From contig CAWBOS010000010.1 in NCBI GenBank assembly GCA_963790475.1, forward strand, positions 1,152,001-1,216,000: a stretch of 64,000 nt of DNA, in the 5' to 3' direction. Both the position numbers and the translations under genes were made by a program. Below are positions 34,501-44,387 of the stretch, in pieces. The notes beneath the pieces are model-generated. The model had not been told where the DNA came from. It saw only the letters and a program-made list of their open reading frames with translations, and ran no database searches. Source of the stretch: an uncultured delta proteobacterium. GTDB taxonomy: Bacteria; Desulfobacterota; RBG-13-43-22. The first letter of the stretch is position 1. Each line of letters starts with the position of its first letter.

Positions 34501-36999
34501 ATGGCAAAAAAGACCACTAACGATAATCCGAAAGTAGGGAAATCCTCTTCCCAAGAACCGCCACCTGACAACCAACCGCTGAAAGCTCTGATTGATCTAT
34601 TTTCCGATTGGTACTGGGAACAGGACCCTGAATTCCGCTTCACACGGTTTGAGGGGAGGAACAGCGATATTTTTATCGACGAAAGTCCTCTCGGCAAACG
34701 GCCCTGGGAAACCGGTCTGGAGATCGAAGGCGGATGGGAGACCTATCGGTTATTGCTCAAAACACACCAACCTTTCCGTGAAATCGTCATGCATCGATCA
34801 TTGCCGAAGGGGACGCGGCGCTATCTCCGCATGAGCGGCCTACCGATCTTTGACGACCGGGGCCGATTCCTGGGTTACCGGGGAATCGCTCAGGACTTTA
34901 CCGAACGTAAACTGGCCGAAGAGGCCCTGATCCAGAGTGAGGAGAGATACCGTTCTATTCTGGATAATACCCGGGAAGGCTATTTTGAGGCTGACCTGGC
35001 CGGTAATTTTACCTTTGTTAACGATGCCGAGTGCCACGATCTTGGCTATACCCGGGAAGAATTGATCGGGATGAACTACAAGCAGTATACCGATGAGACC
35101 GAAGGGAAAAAATTGCTGGAGGTCTCCCTTGGGGTTTTTAGAACCGGGGAACAAATCAATGCCTTTGATGGGGAATTTATCAAGAAAGACGGAACGAAAG
35201 GGTTTAACCAAGTTTCGTTATCTCTGATAAAAAACCAAGAAGGCCAACCCATCGGATTCCGCGGTCTTTCCCGGGACATAACCGAACGCAAGAAAATGGA
35301 GGAGACCATCCGTCAATCGGAGGAGAGATATCGGACCATCATCGAAGAAATGAAAGAATGGTATTTTGAAACCGACCTGTCCGGCAATATCATCTTTTTC
35401 AATGAAATCTTTGCCGATGTCTTGGGATATTCCGAAGGCGCCCTGACCGGGCTGAATTTTCGCTCATTATTCAAAAAGGAAGAATCGGACTCTATCTACG
35501 AAATATTTAATCAGGTCTTTAAAACCGGCCAGCCTTCCAGGAACTTTCCTCATGAGTTTATCCAACCGGATGGCACGATGACCTCGGCCGAATTTTCCAT
35601 ATTTCCTAAACGGGACGGGGACGACCGGATAGTGGGATTTCGTGGGGTAGGACATGACATCACCGAACGCAAAATTGCCGAAAAGCGGATTCAATACCTG
35701 GCCACCCACGATGCCCTGACCGACCTGCCCAACCGCATGATGTTCAGCCAGCTTCTGAACCACACCCTTCAGTCTGCCCGGCGTTTCAAACGACAATTCG
35801 CCGTCTTTTTTATCGACCTGGACCGCTTCAAAGTGATCAATGACACCCTGGGACACGAAGCCGGTGATCAATTGTTGCAGGAGATAGCGAAAACATTTAA
35901 AAGGGTGCTGCGGGAAATCGATGTGATCGCCCGTCTGGGAGGAGATGAGTTCGTTATCCTGATTGAAGAAGTCGACGATTTGACGCAAATTACCGGAGTC
36001 GCCCAAAGGGTTCTTTCCGCTGCCATGAAACCCATGGTTATTATGGGTCAGGAATGCCGGATAACGGCCAGCATCGGCATAAGTGTGTACCCCAAGGACG
36101 CGCAAGACGAACAGACGTTAATGAAGAATGCCGATCTGGCCATGTATCTGGCTAAGGAAGAAGGCAAGAATAATTACCAGTTCTACACCCCCAAAATGAA
36201 GTCCCAATCTTTCGAACGGTTGTCTCTGGAGACCAACCTGCGCCACGCTCTGGAGCGTCAGGAGTTCTATTTACATTATCAAGCCAAGCTGGATTTCAAA
36301 ACCGGGGGCATCACCGGGGTCGAAGCCCTGCTGCGTTGGCAGAACCCGGACCTGGGCAACGTGTCGCCCACCCGATTCATCCCGATGGCCGAAGAGACCG
36401 GTCTGATCGTGCCGATCGGCCGCTGGGTGTTAAAGACCGCCTGTTCCCAAAACGTAGCCTGGCAAAGCCAGGGTCTGGCAACGGTTTGTATGGCGGTAAA
36501 TCTTTCTATACGTCAACTCATGGACGATACTCTGGTCCCGGACATCAGGGCTGTCCTCAAAGAATCCGGTCTGGCCCCGAGTCTGTTGGAACTTGAGATT
36601 ACCGAAAGTATGTTGATGCAAGATCCTGAACGGGTAATTAAAATTCTGACCGAAATTAAAAAAATGGGGGTTCGCCTGGCCATCGACGATTTCGGTACCG
36701 GCTATTCCTCACTCGGCCAACTCAAACGCTTTCCAATCGACACCCTCAAGGTGGATCGATCTTTCATCCGCGACCTCTCCAGAAATTCTGAGGACCGGGG
36801 AATCACCGAAGCGATTATTGCCATGGGCAAGACCCTGAGTCTGACCGTTATCGCCGAAGGGGTGGAAACCGAGGAGCAGGAGGCCTTTTTGCGGTCCCAC
36901 GCCTGCGACGAGATGCAGGGGTATTACTTCAGCAAACCCACTCCGCCTGACCAGTTTGCTGAATTGCTGCGAAAACATGTTCCCCCGCTGGTCAGGTAG
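34501..36999 (+). CDS. PAS(x3)-GGDEF-EAL diguanylate cyclase/phosphodiesterase
   Basis: Three PAS/PAC units ending DxTERK; RLGGDEF, EALLRW, ELEITES, DDFGTGYSS and QGYYF intact. Confidence 0.95.
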   Translation: MAKKTTNDNPKVGKSSSQEPPPDNQPLKALIDLFSDWYWEQDPEFRFTRFEGRNSDIFIDESPLGKRPWETGLEIEGGWETYRLLLKTHQPFREIVMHRSLPKGTRRYLRMSGLPIFDDRGRFLGYRGIAQDFTERKLAEEALIQSEERYRSILDNTREGYFEADLAGNFTFVNDAECHDLGYTREELIGMNYKQYTDETEGKKLLEVSLGVFRTGEQINAFDGEFIKKDGTKGFNQVSLSLIKNQEGQPIGFRGLSRDITERKKMEETIRQSEERYRTIIEEMKEWYFETDLSGNIIFFNEIFADVLGYSEGALTGLNFRSLFKKEESDSIYEIFNQVFKTGQPSRNFPHEFIQPDGTMTSAEFSIFPKRDGDDRIVGFRGVGHDITERKIAEKRIQYLATHDALTDLPNRMMFSQLLNHTLQSARRFKRQFAVFFIDLDRFKVINDTLGHEAGDQLLQEIAKTFKRVLREIDVIARLGGDEFVILIEEVDDLTQITGVAQRVLSAAMKPMVIMGQECRITASIGISVYPKDAQDEQTLMKNADLAMYLAKEEGKNNYQFYTPKMKSQSFERLSLETNLRHALERQEFYLHYQAKLDFKTGGITGVEALLRWQNPDLGNVSPTRFIPMAEETGLIVPIGRWVLKTACSQNVAWQSQGLATVCMAVNLSIRQLMDDTLVPDIRAVLKESGLAPSLLELEITESMLMQDPERVIKILTEIKKMGVRLAIDDFGTGYSSLGQLKRFPIDTLKVDRSFIRDLSRNSEDRGITEAIIAMGKTLSLTVIAEGVETEEQEAFLRSHACDEMQGYYFSKPTPPDQFAELLRKHVPPLVR

Positions 37000-37064
37000 A
37001 AATTTAACGCTATTCAACTAAAACCTTAACCATGTATTTCAAAAAGCAAGTCAGGAGGATAAAA

Positions 37065-38180
37065 ATGTTAAGAACCAAGCTTACGGATTTACTCGGAATC
37101 AAACACCCCATCATTCAAGCCGGCATGGGCCCCTTCAGCAATAACAACCTTTGCGTCGCCGCCAGCAAGGCCGGGGTGCTGGGATTGCTTTCGACCAGCG
37201 GTATTTTTAACAAAACCCAGCAACCCTGGATCTACAATGCCTTTGTGGAGACCGCTGAAGCTACCATGCATGATGATATGCCTACGGTGCTGGAAAAGGT
37301 ATTAAAACGAACTTATCGTCTGACCAAAGACCAGGGGGGCATTTTCGGTATCAATGTCATGGTATCCGCGGAATTAGTGCCTCTTTCGACAATCCTCATC
37401 GACACGGCCATTAGAGTCGTTAATGAAAACCCGGAGATGAAGAATCATTTCAAAGTGATTTTTACTTCGGCCGGCGACCCCGTTCCCTGGGGGGAAAAAA
37501 TTAAAGGTGCCGGATTCAAATGGCTGCACGTCGTCCCCTCGGTTAAAGGGGCTCTCAGATGCGCTAAAGCCGGGGTAGACTTAATTGTGGCCTCCGGCCA
37601 TGAAGGCGGATTTCATACTTCCTGGGAACCGGTCCATTCCATGACTTTATTGCCCTCCGTGGTCGAGGCCCTGTCAGGAACGAATATCCCGGTGGCCGGC
37701 GCCGGCGGGTTCTGCGACGGAAAAACTTTGGCGGCGGCTCTCGCGTTGGGCGCGGCCGGAGCCCAAATGGGGACCCGATTCCTGGCCACTCAGGAGAGCG
37801 ATTTCCATCCCCTCTGGAAGGAACAGGTTGTAAAAACCCCGGATAGAGGCACGCTGGTGGCCCGCGGCATGGTGGGGCCGGCCCGTTGGCTGAAAACGCC
37901 TTCAAGTTTGGAGCATCAAAGAAATACCCTGGCCAAATCTCCGTCAATCTATCTGGATACACCGGATGACTATAACACCCCTGGAGCCCAGGAACTGGTC
38001 GCCTATGAAACGGAAGGGATCAAGGCCGTGTGTATGGGCGACCGGGAAAAAGCGATGATGGCCGGAGGGGAATGTGCCCAGAGGGTGGAAGATCTGCCTA
38101 AGGTCCAGGATCTGGTTGACCGGATCATGGGGGAAGCAACGGATATCCTTCAAAATGCACCCAAGTTTGTAATCGCCTAA
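37065..38180 (+). CDS. Nitronate monooxygenase / FabK-like FMN oxidoreductase, copy 2
   Basis: Near-identical protein to 30146-31261; AGGAGG RBS. Confidence 0.88.
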   Translation: MLRTKLTDLLGIKHPIIQAGMGPFSNNNLCVAASKAGVLGLLSTSGIFNKTQQPWIYNAFVETAEATMHDDMPTVLEKVLKRTYRLTKDQGGIFGINVMVSAELVPLSTILIDTAIRVVNENPEMKNHFKVIFTSAGDPVPWGEKIKGAGFKWLHVVPSVKGALRCAKAGVDLIVASGHEGGFHTSWEPVHSMTLLPSVVEALSGTNIPVAGAGGFCDGKTLAAALALGAAGAQMGTRFLATQESDFHPLWKEQVVKTPDRGTLVARGMVGPARWLKTPSSLEHQRNTLAKSPSIYLDTPDDYNTPGAQELVAYETEGIKAVCMGDREKAMMAGGECAQRVEDLPKVQDLVDRIMGEATDILQNAPKFVIA

Positions 38181-38187
38181 TTTTTTC

Positions 38188-38218
38188 GGGAATCCTCCGG
38201 CCGTGCCGGGGGATTCCC
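38188..38218. terminator. GC-rich hairpin after NMO copy 2
   Basis: gggaatcctccggc-cgt-gccgggggattccc. Confidence 0.6.
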
Positions 38219-38245
38219 TGGTTTAAATGGGAAGGGACTTAAGAT

Positions 38246-39061
38246 ATGTCGGATTACCAACAGATCATTTACCAAAAGCAGGATGCGGTTGCCCGGGTGA
38301 GAATGAATCGGCCGCGCTTTCGAAATGCGCAATCCAGGATGTTGCTGGAAGAACTGGACGCGGCTTTTAAGGAAGCCGTTGCTGATAATGATATTCGGGT
38401 GATCATTCTGTCGGGCGAAGGAGATCATTTCAGCTCGGGCCACGACCTGGGCACCCCCGAACAAAAGGAAGACGAAGCCCGGAGGCCCTACCCTTCCGGG
38501 ATTTTGGGGCAGTATCAGAAGCAATGGGGGCAATTTCATGATATGGGCATCCGCTGGCGGGACCTGCCGAAACCGACCATAGCCGAGGTCCATGGATACT
38601 GTATTTTCGGAGGCTGGCTTATTGCCTCGGCCATGGACATTATTGTCGCCGCGGAGGATGCCCTGTTTCTTCCCTCTTTACTCCAGTACTTCAGTGTGCC
38701 CTGGGACATCGGGGTAAGGAAGGCCAAAGAAATTCTTTTTCAGACACGATTTGTCACCGCTCGGGAAGCCGGTGAACTTGGTTTTGTCAATGCCGTTGTT
38801 CCGAGGGACAAACTTAAATCGGAAACTCAAAGATTGGCCGAACGGATTGCCGAATCGGATCCTATCTTTACCCGCCTGGCGAAACTCTCGATCAACCAGG
38901 TTCAGGATGCCGCCGGATTTCGCGTCGCCGCACAATCGGCCTTTTCCAACTACATGATTTTTCATCAGGCCGGGTTGGTCCGGACCGAAAAGGAAAAACA
39001 GGAAGGAAAACGCAGTCTTTCCCGGGTGGATCGGGCTCTCCGGCACCTCAAAGGTGCGTAA
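38246..39061 (+). CDS. Enoyl-CoA hydratase/crotonase family protein
   Basis: NRPRFRNAQS, FSSGHDL and PKPTIAEVHGYCIFGG motifs. Confidence 0.9.
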   Translation: MSDYQQIIYQKQDAVARVRMNRPRFRNAQSRMLLEELDAAFKEAVADNDIRVIILSGEGDHFSSGHDLGTPEQKEDEARRPYPSGILGQYQKQWGQFHDMGIRWRDLPKPTIAEVHGYCIFGGWLIASAMDIIVAAEDALFLPSLLQYFSVPWDIGVRKAKEILFQTRFVTAREAGELGFVNAVVPRDKLKSETQRLAERIAESDPIFTRLAKLSINQVQDAAGFRVAAQSAFSNYMIFHQAGLVRTEKEKQEGKRSLSRVDRALRHLKGA

Positions 39062-39140
39062 TTAGGATAAGTGAATAGACTCTCTTGTTATTTTGACTTA
39101 TAATAGCAAAGATCCCAATAAAGCTGAGGAGATCCTCCAG

Positions 39141-40091
39141 ATGTTCAATATCTTTATAGACGGCCGGGAAGGAACGACGGGATTACAAATCCACGAAAGA
39201 CTCAAATCCAGAACCGATATCAACCTTCTTGAGATACCGGAACAGGATCGCAAGAATCCGCAGGTCAAAAAACGTTTATTAAACGGAGCGGATGCGGTGC
39301 TCCTTTGCCTTCCCGATGAGGCCTCCCGAGAATCCGTTACCCTGATTGAAAATGAGAAAACCAAGGTGATCGATTCCAGTACGGCCTTTCGGACCGCTGA
39401 AGGATGGACCTACGGCATTCCGGAATTGAACCGGCAACAACGGGACTTGATCAAAAAAACAAAACGCCTGACTAATCCGGGGTGTCACGCCACCGGTTTC
39501 ATCATGGCCCTTTATCCGCTGATTCAGGAGCGGATCGTGCCCCTGGATTATCCGGTGTTCGCCCAGTCGCTAACCGGCTACAGCGGCGGCGGGAAAAAAT
39601 TGATTGCCCTCTATGAGTCGGGAGAAACCCCGGAAGTGCAACTTAAAGGACCCCGGCACTATGCCTTGAATCTCAATCATAAACATCTGGCGGAAATGCA
39701 AAAGGTCACCGGGCTGCAATATCCGCCCTTATTCACACCGATTGTCGGCCAGTATTATCAGGGGATGGTGGTTTCCATCCCCCTGCTGTCCCGAATGATT
39801 CCCAAAAGGATGACTGCCCGGAATATTCGGGAGATTTTGGCCGATTATTATCAATCGGAACCTTTTGTCCGGGTGGTCCCTTTCGGTGACAATACTTATT
39901 TGGACAATGGTTTTCTCATACCCACGGAATGCAATCAGACCAACCGAATCGACCTGTTTGTCTTCGGCAATGATGAGCAGATTCTGGTGGCTGCCCGATT
40001 GGACAACCTGGGTAAAGGGGCCTCCGGAGCAGCGGTTCAGAACATGAATATTATGCTCGGGGTTGAGGAAGGGACCGGATTGTCAAGTTAA
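39141..40091 (+). CDS. argC: N-acetyl-gamma-glutamyl-phosphate reductase (type 2)
   Basis: IFIDGREGTTGLQI, NPGCHATG, GYSGGGK and DNLGKGASGAAVQNMN motifs. Confidence 0.95.
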   Translation: MFNIFIDGREGTTGLQIHERLKSRTDINLLEIPEQDRKNPQVKKRLLNGADAVLLCLPDEASRESVTLIENEKTKVIDSSTAFRTAEGWTYGIPELNRQQRDLIKKTKRLTNPGCHATGFIMALYPLIQERIVPLDYPVFAQSLTGYSGGGKKLIALYESGETPEVQLKGPRHYALNLNHKHLAEMQKVTGLQYPPLFTPIVGQYYQGMVVSIPLLSRMIPKRMTARNIREILADYYQSEPFVRVVPFGDNTYLDNGFLIPTECNQTNRIDLFVFGNDEQILVAARLDNLGKGASGAAVQNMNIMLGVEEGTGLSS

Positions 40092-40156
40092 GAACAGACC
40101 TGGTTTAAATTTTAATTTTGAGATAAAAGAATCTGAGAGTATCCAAATTCAAATTC

Positions 40157-40219
40157 AAGTTCGGAGTTGGGAGTTCGGAGTTAGAGTTTCAACTCGGAAC
40201 TAATCACTCCGAACTGACT
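40157..40219. repeat. AGTTCGG/CCGAACT heptamer hairpin between convergent genes
   Basis: aagttcggagttgggagttcggagtt ... aactcggaactaatcactccgaact. Confidence 0.7.
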
Positions 40220-40284
40220 GAGACAGTTAATCCCCTTCAATCCTCTTTCAATCTACAGGGCTTCCCCAAAAAGAAATGACTTTT

Positions 40285-40866
40285 TCACCGGACCCTCCGA
40301 GGGCGGCGGCGAAAATGAGGTAAGGGCGAGCCAAAAAGAAAGGCCTGATAGATATCTCCGATCGCCTTATCCGCCCCATTCATCGTGCCGACTACTACCA
40401 ACCGGGCCAGACCATCGATAAATTCATCAAATGATTGACGGCCATGAAAATGGTCTTCGTGGATATGTTTATAGATATGATGGGTCCTGAATTCTTCAAA
40501 CGATTCCCGATGAAGCCTGTTCTGCAGAACCTCGTCAAAAGGTTGGGGCCAAAAGTAGACGGCATAGAGGCGTTTCTCCGGCAGGGACCGGTAACGGAGT
40601 AAGGCCCCCTGGATCTCTTCCAGAATTTCATCGACCCCGTTTTCTGCGCCTATGGCCACCCCTTCGGCCAGGTGACGGACAAAGGTTTCATAGCTGTCGA
40701 ATCGATCGGAATAAACCCCTTGATAAATCCCGGAAAAGGCCTTGGCTCCTTGAATGACAGCCTCAAAGGCTTGCTTTAGATCAGTCTTGATGACCCACTT
40801 GTATTCCTCGGGCCAATACCTTTCCGCCGCCGCATCCTCTTCATCGGTGTCCGGCATATCGTGCAT
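40285..40866 (-). CDS. Hypothetical protein built from two internal repeats
   Basis: WP...IY...F..F...LA..V..G..NG.D....I..A.L....LP..R occurs twice. Confidence 0.75.
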   Translation of the reverse strand: MHDMPDTDEEDAAAERYWPEEYKWVIKTDLKQAFEAVIQGAKAFSGIYQGVYSDRFDSYETFVRHLAEGVAIGAENGVDEILEEIQGALLRYRSLPEKRLYAVYFWPQPFDEVLQNRLHRESFEEFRTHHIYKHIHEDHFHGRQSFDEFIDGLARLVVVGTMNGADKAIGDIYQAFLFGSPLPHFRRRPRRVR

Positions 40867-40912
40867 TATAATTTCGGGTCCTCAGGCCAACAAAAAGGTT
40901 CAAGGTACGAGG

Positions 40913-41071
40913 TTGATGAGTTCGTAAAAAGTTGTCACCCCGGTAAAAGCCGGGGTCCAGGAAATTACAATCAGTTAATAAGACTGGATTCCGGCTGGAG
41001 TCTATCCCGCACTTGATGCGGGATCGGAATAACTCACAGTGGCTGATTTTTACTTTTTACGAAATTCTCAA
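40913..41071. repeat. Nested palindromic element (MITE-like ends around a REP-like doublet)
   Basis: Ends ttgatgagttcgtaaaaagt / actttttacgaaattctcaa; inside are gtcaccccggtaaaagccggggtccag, ctggattccggc and atcccgcacttgatgcgggat. Confidence 0.7.
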
Positions 41072-41163
41072 GGTTAATGATTAAAAAGAACTACAGGCTG
41101 TTTACTTGGCCCTGATTTTCTCACTCACTCTTTTTCTCCAAAACTCTTCACTCCGAACTGCAT

Positions 41164-41949
41164 TCAAGGTCCGCCTTTGACCTTAATCACTTGACCGGAA
41201 ACATAGCCGGATTCATCCGAGGCCAGAAACAAGGCGACGCTGCTTACATCTTCCACCGTTCCCAGTCGCCGCAAAGGAATATGGGCCAGGGCGGCTTTCT
41301 TGAAGTCCTCCAGGAACATCCCCTCAACCTTGATGCTTTCCCTGGTCATCCGGGTCTGAAGAAAGTCCGGGGCGATGCAGTTGACATTGATATTATAGCC
41401 GCCCAGTTCTATAGCCAGGGATTGGGTGAGTCCCATCAAACCGGCATTGGCCGTGCTATAATTGAGGGTGCCGGGTTTTCCCAGTCCGGGAGGAACCGGA
41501 GAGGCAATGACAATGATCTTCCCGTACTTCTTTTCCACCATATATTTCCGAACTGCTTTGGCGCAGTTGAAACAACCTTTCAACGATACGGCAAGAACTT
41601 TGTCCCACTGGGATTCACTCAGCGAGTGAAGGAAGGCGTCCTGCCTTATACCCGCATTCGATACCAGGATATCCACTTTCCCGTAAGCGGCGGCGGCCTT
41701 GCTGAAGAGGGCCTCCATCGCTTCCGGATCGGTTACGTCGCCCTGGAAAGGGATGGCCCTCATTCCCCTTTCCTTTATCTTTTCGGTGACACTCTCCGCG
41801 GCCATCAGGCTGAGGTCATTGGCCACTACATCGGCGCCTTCCACCGCAAACCTTAAAGCGATCGCCCGTCCGATATCACCGGCGGCCCCGGTAATGACGG
41901 CCACTTTACCTTCGAGTCTCATGCCTCCTCCCGAAAATCTTTCTGCCAT
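41164..41949 (-). CDS. SDR family oxidoreductase (FabG-like)
   Basis: TGAAGDIG, SNAGIRQD and NCIAPD; catalytic motif reads YSTAN rather than YxxxK. Confidence 0.88.
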   Translation of the reverse strand: MAERFSGGGMRLEGKVAVITGAAGDIGRAIALRFAVEGADVVANDLSLMAAESVTEKIKERGMRAIPFQGDVTDPEAMEALFSKAAAAYGKVDILVSNAGIRQDAFLHSLSESQWDKVLAVSLKGCFNCAKAVRKYMVEKKYGKIIVIASPVPPGLGKPGTLNYSTANAGLMGLTQSLAIELGGYNINVNCIAPDFLQTRMTRESIKVEGMFLEDFKKAALAHIPLRRLGTVEDVSSVALFLASDESGYVSGQVIKVKGGP

Positions 41950-42602
41950 CGATCGTCCACTGCGGAAAACCGTCTTTGCTTAATTTGATTAATGAGGTCC
42001 CGCTCACCTTCGATTTTTTCTTCAAAAATAGTATAACAAGCCCCCACGCCCAGGATGGCATGGGCGTCACTTCCCCCTGTCCCGGGAAGATGAAGATGAT
42101 GGGCAACCGCTTTGGTAAATGAAGTTTCTTTTAATCCGGCACGCCCGTTATAGATCTCCAGGGCGTCGACTATTTCAAATACCGCGCGGTTCCTGATAGT
42201 GTTTATTCCCCTGGGGATAATTTCATTTGAATCGGATTCCGAAAGGTCAAAGGTGCTATAGAGTTCAGGCTCAGTTCGGAAAGGATGGGCCATGATCATG
42301 ACCCCATCGGCTTCATCGACCATCGTTTTTAAGGAAACAGCACTGTAAACCTGCAGGACAGGCCGATGCAGGCCGAAAACCAGTATCTCGCCCAGGTCGG
42401 TGCTGACTTCCACCCCGCCGATGACCAGGAAGTCGTGTTTTTCCCGGAGACGATCAATCGCTTCCTTTTCCCATAATTGATTGTGCTCCGTGATGCAGAC
42501 CCCATCAAGCCCCGTGAGTTTGGCCCGCTGAATAAGCTGATCCGGATCCATATAGGCACACGCCGATCCGTAGAGGGTGTGGAGATGGAGATCGATTTTC
42601 AT
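41919..42602 (-). CDS. PHP-domain phosphoesterase
   Basis: DLHLHT, ITEHN, GVEVST, AHPFR and GGSDAH motifs. Confidence 0.9.
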   Translation of the reverse strand: MKIDLHLHTLYGSACAYMDPDQLIQRAKLTGLDGVCITEHNQLWEKEAIDRLREKHDFLVIGGVEVSTDLGEILVFGLHRPVLQVYSAVSLKTMVDEADGVMIMAHPFRTEPELYSTFDLSESDSNEIIPRGINTIRNRAVFEIVDALEIYNGRAGLKETSFTKAVAHHLHLPGTGGSDAHAILGVGACYTIFEEKIEGERDLINQIKQRRFSAVDDRWQKDFREEA

Positions 42603-42639
42603 TCTTTAGAACAGCCTGTCAATACGATAGCTTTTCAGA

Positions 42640-43221
42640 TCAGGCCCTTTTGGCCTCAAACTGACAGTAGCCCTCTTTGGGAATGGCGGCCGTCATGCTG
42701 ATTAAGGCGTCAATCTCCAGATCCTCATGTATGGTCCGGCAGGCGGTCAGGCAGGCATGTTTACAGGCTAGAAGGCCGGCGACCTCTTCCCCGCATTTTT
42801 CCTTTATTTTATTAAAGGTTTTACAATTTAACATGCGGTAGATCAATCGTTCATGATTGTTTTCCACAATAGGCAGAATCGAAATCTCTTGGGTACTAAG
42901 ATAGGCTATCTCGATAAACCGCTGGGGGACCAAGGCAAATTTCAGGTATCCATTCGTTTTATCCACCGCTTCGAGAAGAACTTCATAGGTCCGGTCGGGA
43001 TATTGGTCTCCAAGTTTATGGGTCTTTTTCATCCAGTCCCGGCCATAAGATTCAAAGAGTTCCTTTCCTATGGTCTCAATCTCCGATTCGGTTTTCCCCT
43101 TGACGGCCTCGGCAAAGCGGGCGGCCAGCTTATCCACCTCAAATTCCTGGCCCAGGAGGTGGAGCATTTCCGGGTTGAGTTCAAAGGAATAGTGTTTTAT
43201 GTCATATTGTAAATCAGTCAT
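42640..43221 (-). CDS. Hypothetical protein, Cys-containing V4R-like fold inferred
   Basis: Start MTDLQY after GGAGG; C-terminal CKTF...CKHACLTAC...GYCQF. Confidence 0.6.
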   Translation of the reverse strand: MTDLQYDIKHYSFELNPEMLHLLGQEFEVDKLAARFAEAVKGKTESEIETIGKELFESYGRDWMKKTHKLGDQYPDRTYEVLLEAVDKTNGYLKFALVPQRFIEIAYLSTQEISILPIVENNHERLIYRMLNCKTFNKIKEKCGEEVAGLLACKHACLTACRTIHEDLEIDALISMTAAIPKEGYCQFEAKRA

Positions 43222-43232
43222 GATCCCTCCAA

Positions 43233-43505
43233 TTAGACCTTCTGGGTCCCGGGAAAAGTAATGGTCAAGGCATCCACGGGACAAAGTTCGATGCAAAGAT
43301 TACAGCCGGTACATTTGTCCCGAAAAGGGGCGAACACCATATAATTCCCCGGCTCTTTAGGATTGGTCTCCCGGCCTCTTTCCACCTTCAAAGCGGCCAC
43401 CTGGAACACCGATTGGGGACACCCCTGGAGGCAAAGTTTACAATCAAAGGGGGTGGTGCATTTCGTCGAATCAATCTTTATCATCGCAAAATTAGGAGCC
43501 GCCAT
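43233..43505 (-). CDS. 2x[4Fe-4S] ferredoxin
   Basis: CTTPFDCKLCLQGCP and CTGCNLCIELCP. Confidence 0.85.
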   Translation of the reverse strand: MAAPNFAMIKIDSTKCTTPFDCKLCLQGCPQSVFQVAALKVERGRETNPKEPGNYMVFAPFRDKCTGCNLCIELCPVDALTITFPGTQKV

Positions 43506-43506
43506 T

Positions 43507-44358
43507 TTACCAAACCTCCTTTAAACCGGGAAGACTGGTTCGATCAATCAGAGAAATCGCCTTTCTGGGACAGGCCGTCTCGCAAAGTCCGCACCCAAAA
43601 CATTTCATCTGATCAATATTCGTTTTTTCCATGGTGACCTCAAATTTGATGGCCCCGAACTGACAGCGTTGGACGCAGATTCCGCAGCCGTTACAAAGGT
43701 CATAGTCCATAAGGGCCACGGAGTGGCTTTTGAGACAGCCGGTCGTGATCCCGTAATCAACCCGGTTTCTAATCATTCCACAGTCCGGATAATCGCAATT
43801 ACAGATGCCGCCGACATAGGATCCCCCGAAGGTCATCAGGATATGGACCATCCCCTTTTTGTTCCATTTGACCAACCACTCCTTGGCCTCATCAGGGGTC
43901 ATAAAATTAACGCCCCCCTTATATCTTTCCGGCCACCGTTCCCATTTAAACATCCCCACTCCCAGACCGGTGCAGGAATATTCATGTTCATTTCTTTCTT
44001 CATGGGCCCGAGAGTGAATCCGGCAGATACAGGACATGGAGGTCACCGGGTAAGACATCTCAACCGCCTTGAAGGCCTCCTGAATAGGAATGACCTGACC
44101 GATCTGGAAGGGACCTTTCTCCCTCATATCATTGGCCTCTTTGATCAACTGTTGAAATTTTACCGGATCCTCAAAACGGAGGTTCATGATTTCCCGGATG
44201 GTCCTTCCGGATTGGGCCTCAGGGTCAGAGCCGTAGGCCGCATCCTTTTGTCCCGGTTTTTTTATTTTATACATCTGCCGGGAATGGTTCTTGGGATTAA
44301 GGTACCATTTCCCACCCCCAAACTCCGGATCACCATAAGCGTCGCAAACCCAACACAT
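43507..44358 (-). CDS. Multi-Cys Fe-S protein with C-terminal 2x[4Fe-4S] domain
   Basis: MCWVC start after GAGGAG; CICR...C...CNCDYPDC plus two CxxCxxCxxxC motifs. Confidence 0.82.
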   Translation of the reverse strand: MCWVCDAYGDPEFGGGKWYLNPKNHSRQMYKIKKPGQKDAAYGSDPEAQSGRTIREIMNLRFEDPVKFQQLIKEANDMREKGPFQIGQVIPIQEAFKAVEMSYPVTSMSCICRIHSRAHEERNEHEYSCTGLGVGMFKWERWPERYKGGVNFMTPDEAKEWLVKWNKKGMVHILMTFGGSYVGGICNCDYPDCGMIRNRVDYGITTGCLKSHSVALMDYDLCNGCGICVQRCQFGAIKFEVTMEKTNIDQMKCFGCGLCETACPRKAISLIDRTSLPGLKEVW

Positions 44359-44387
44359 AAATTTTTTCTCCTCTATTTTTAGAATTA

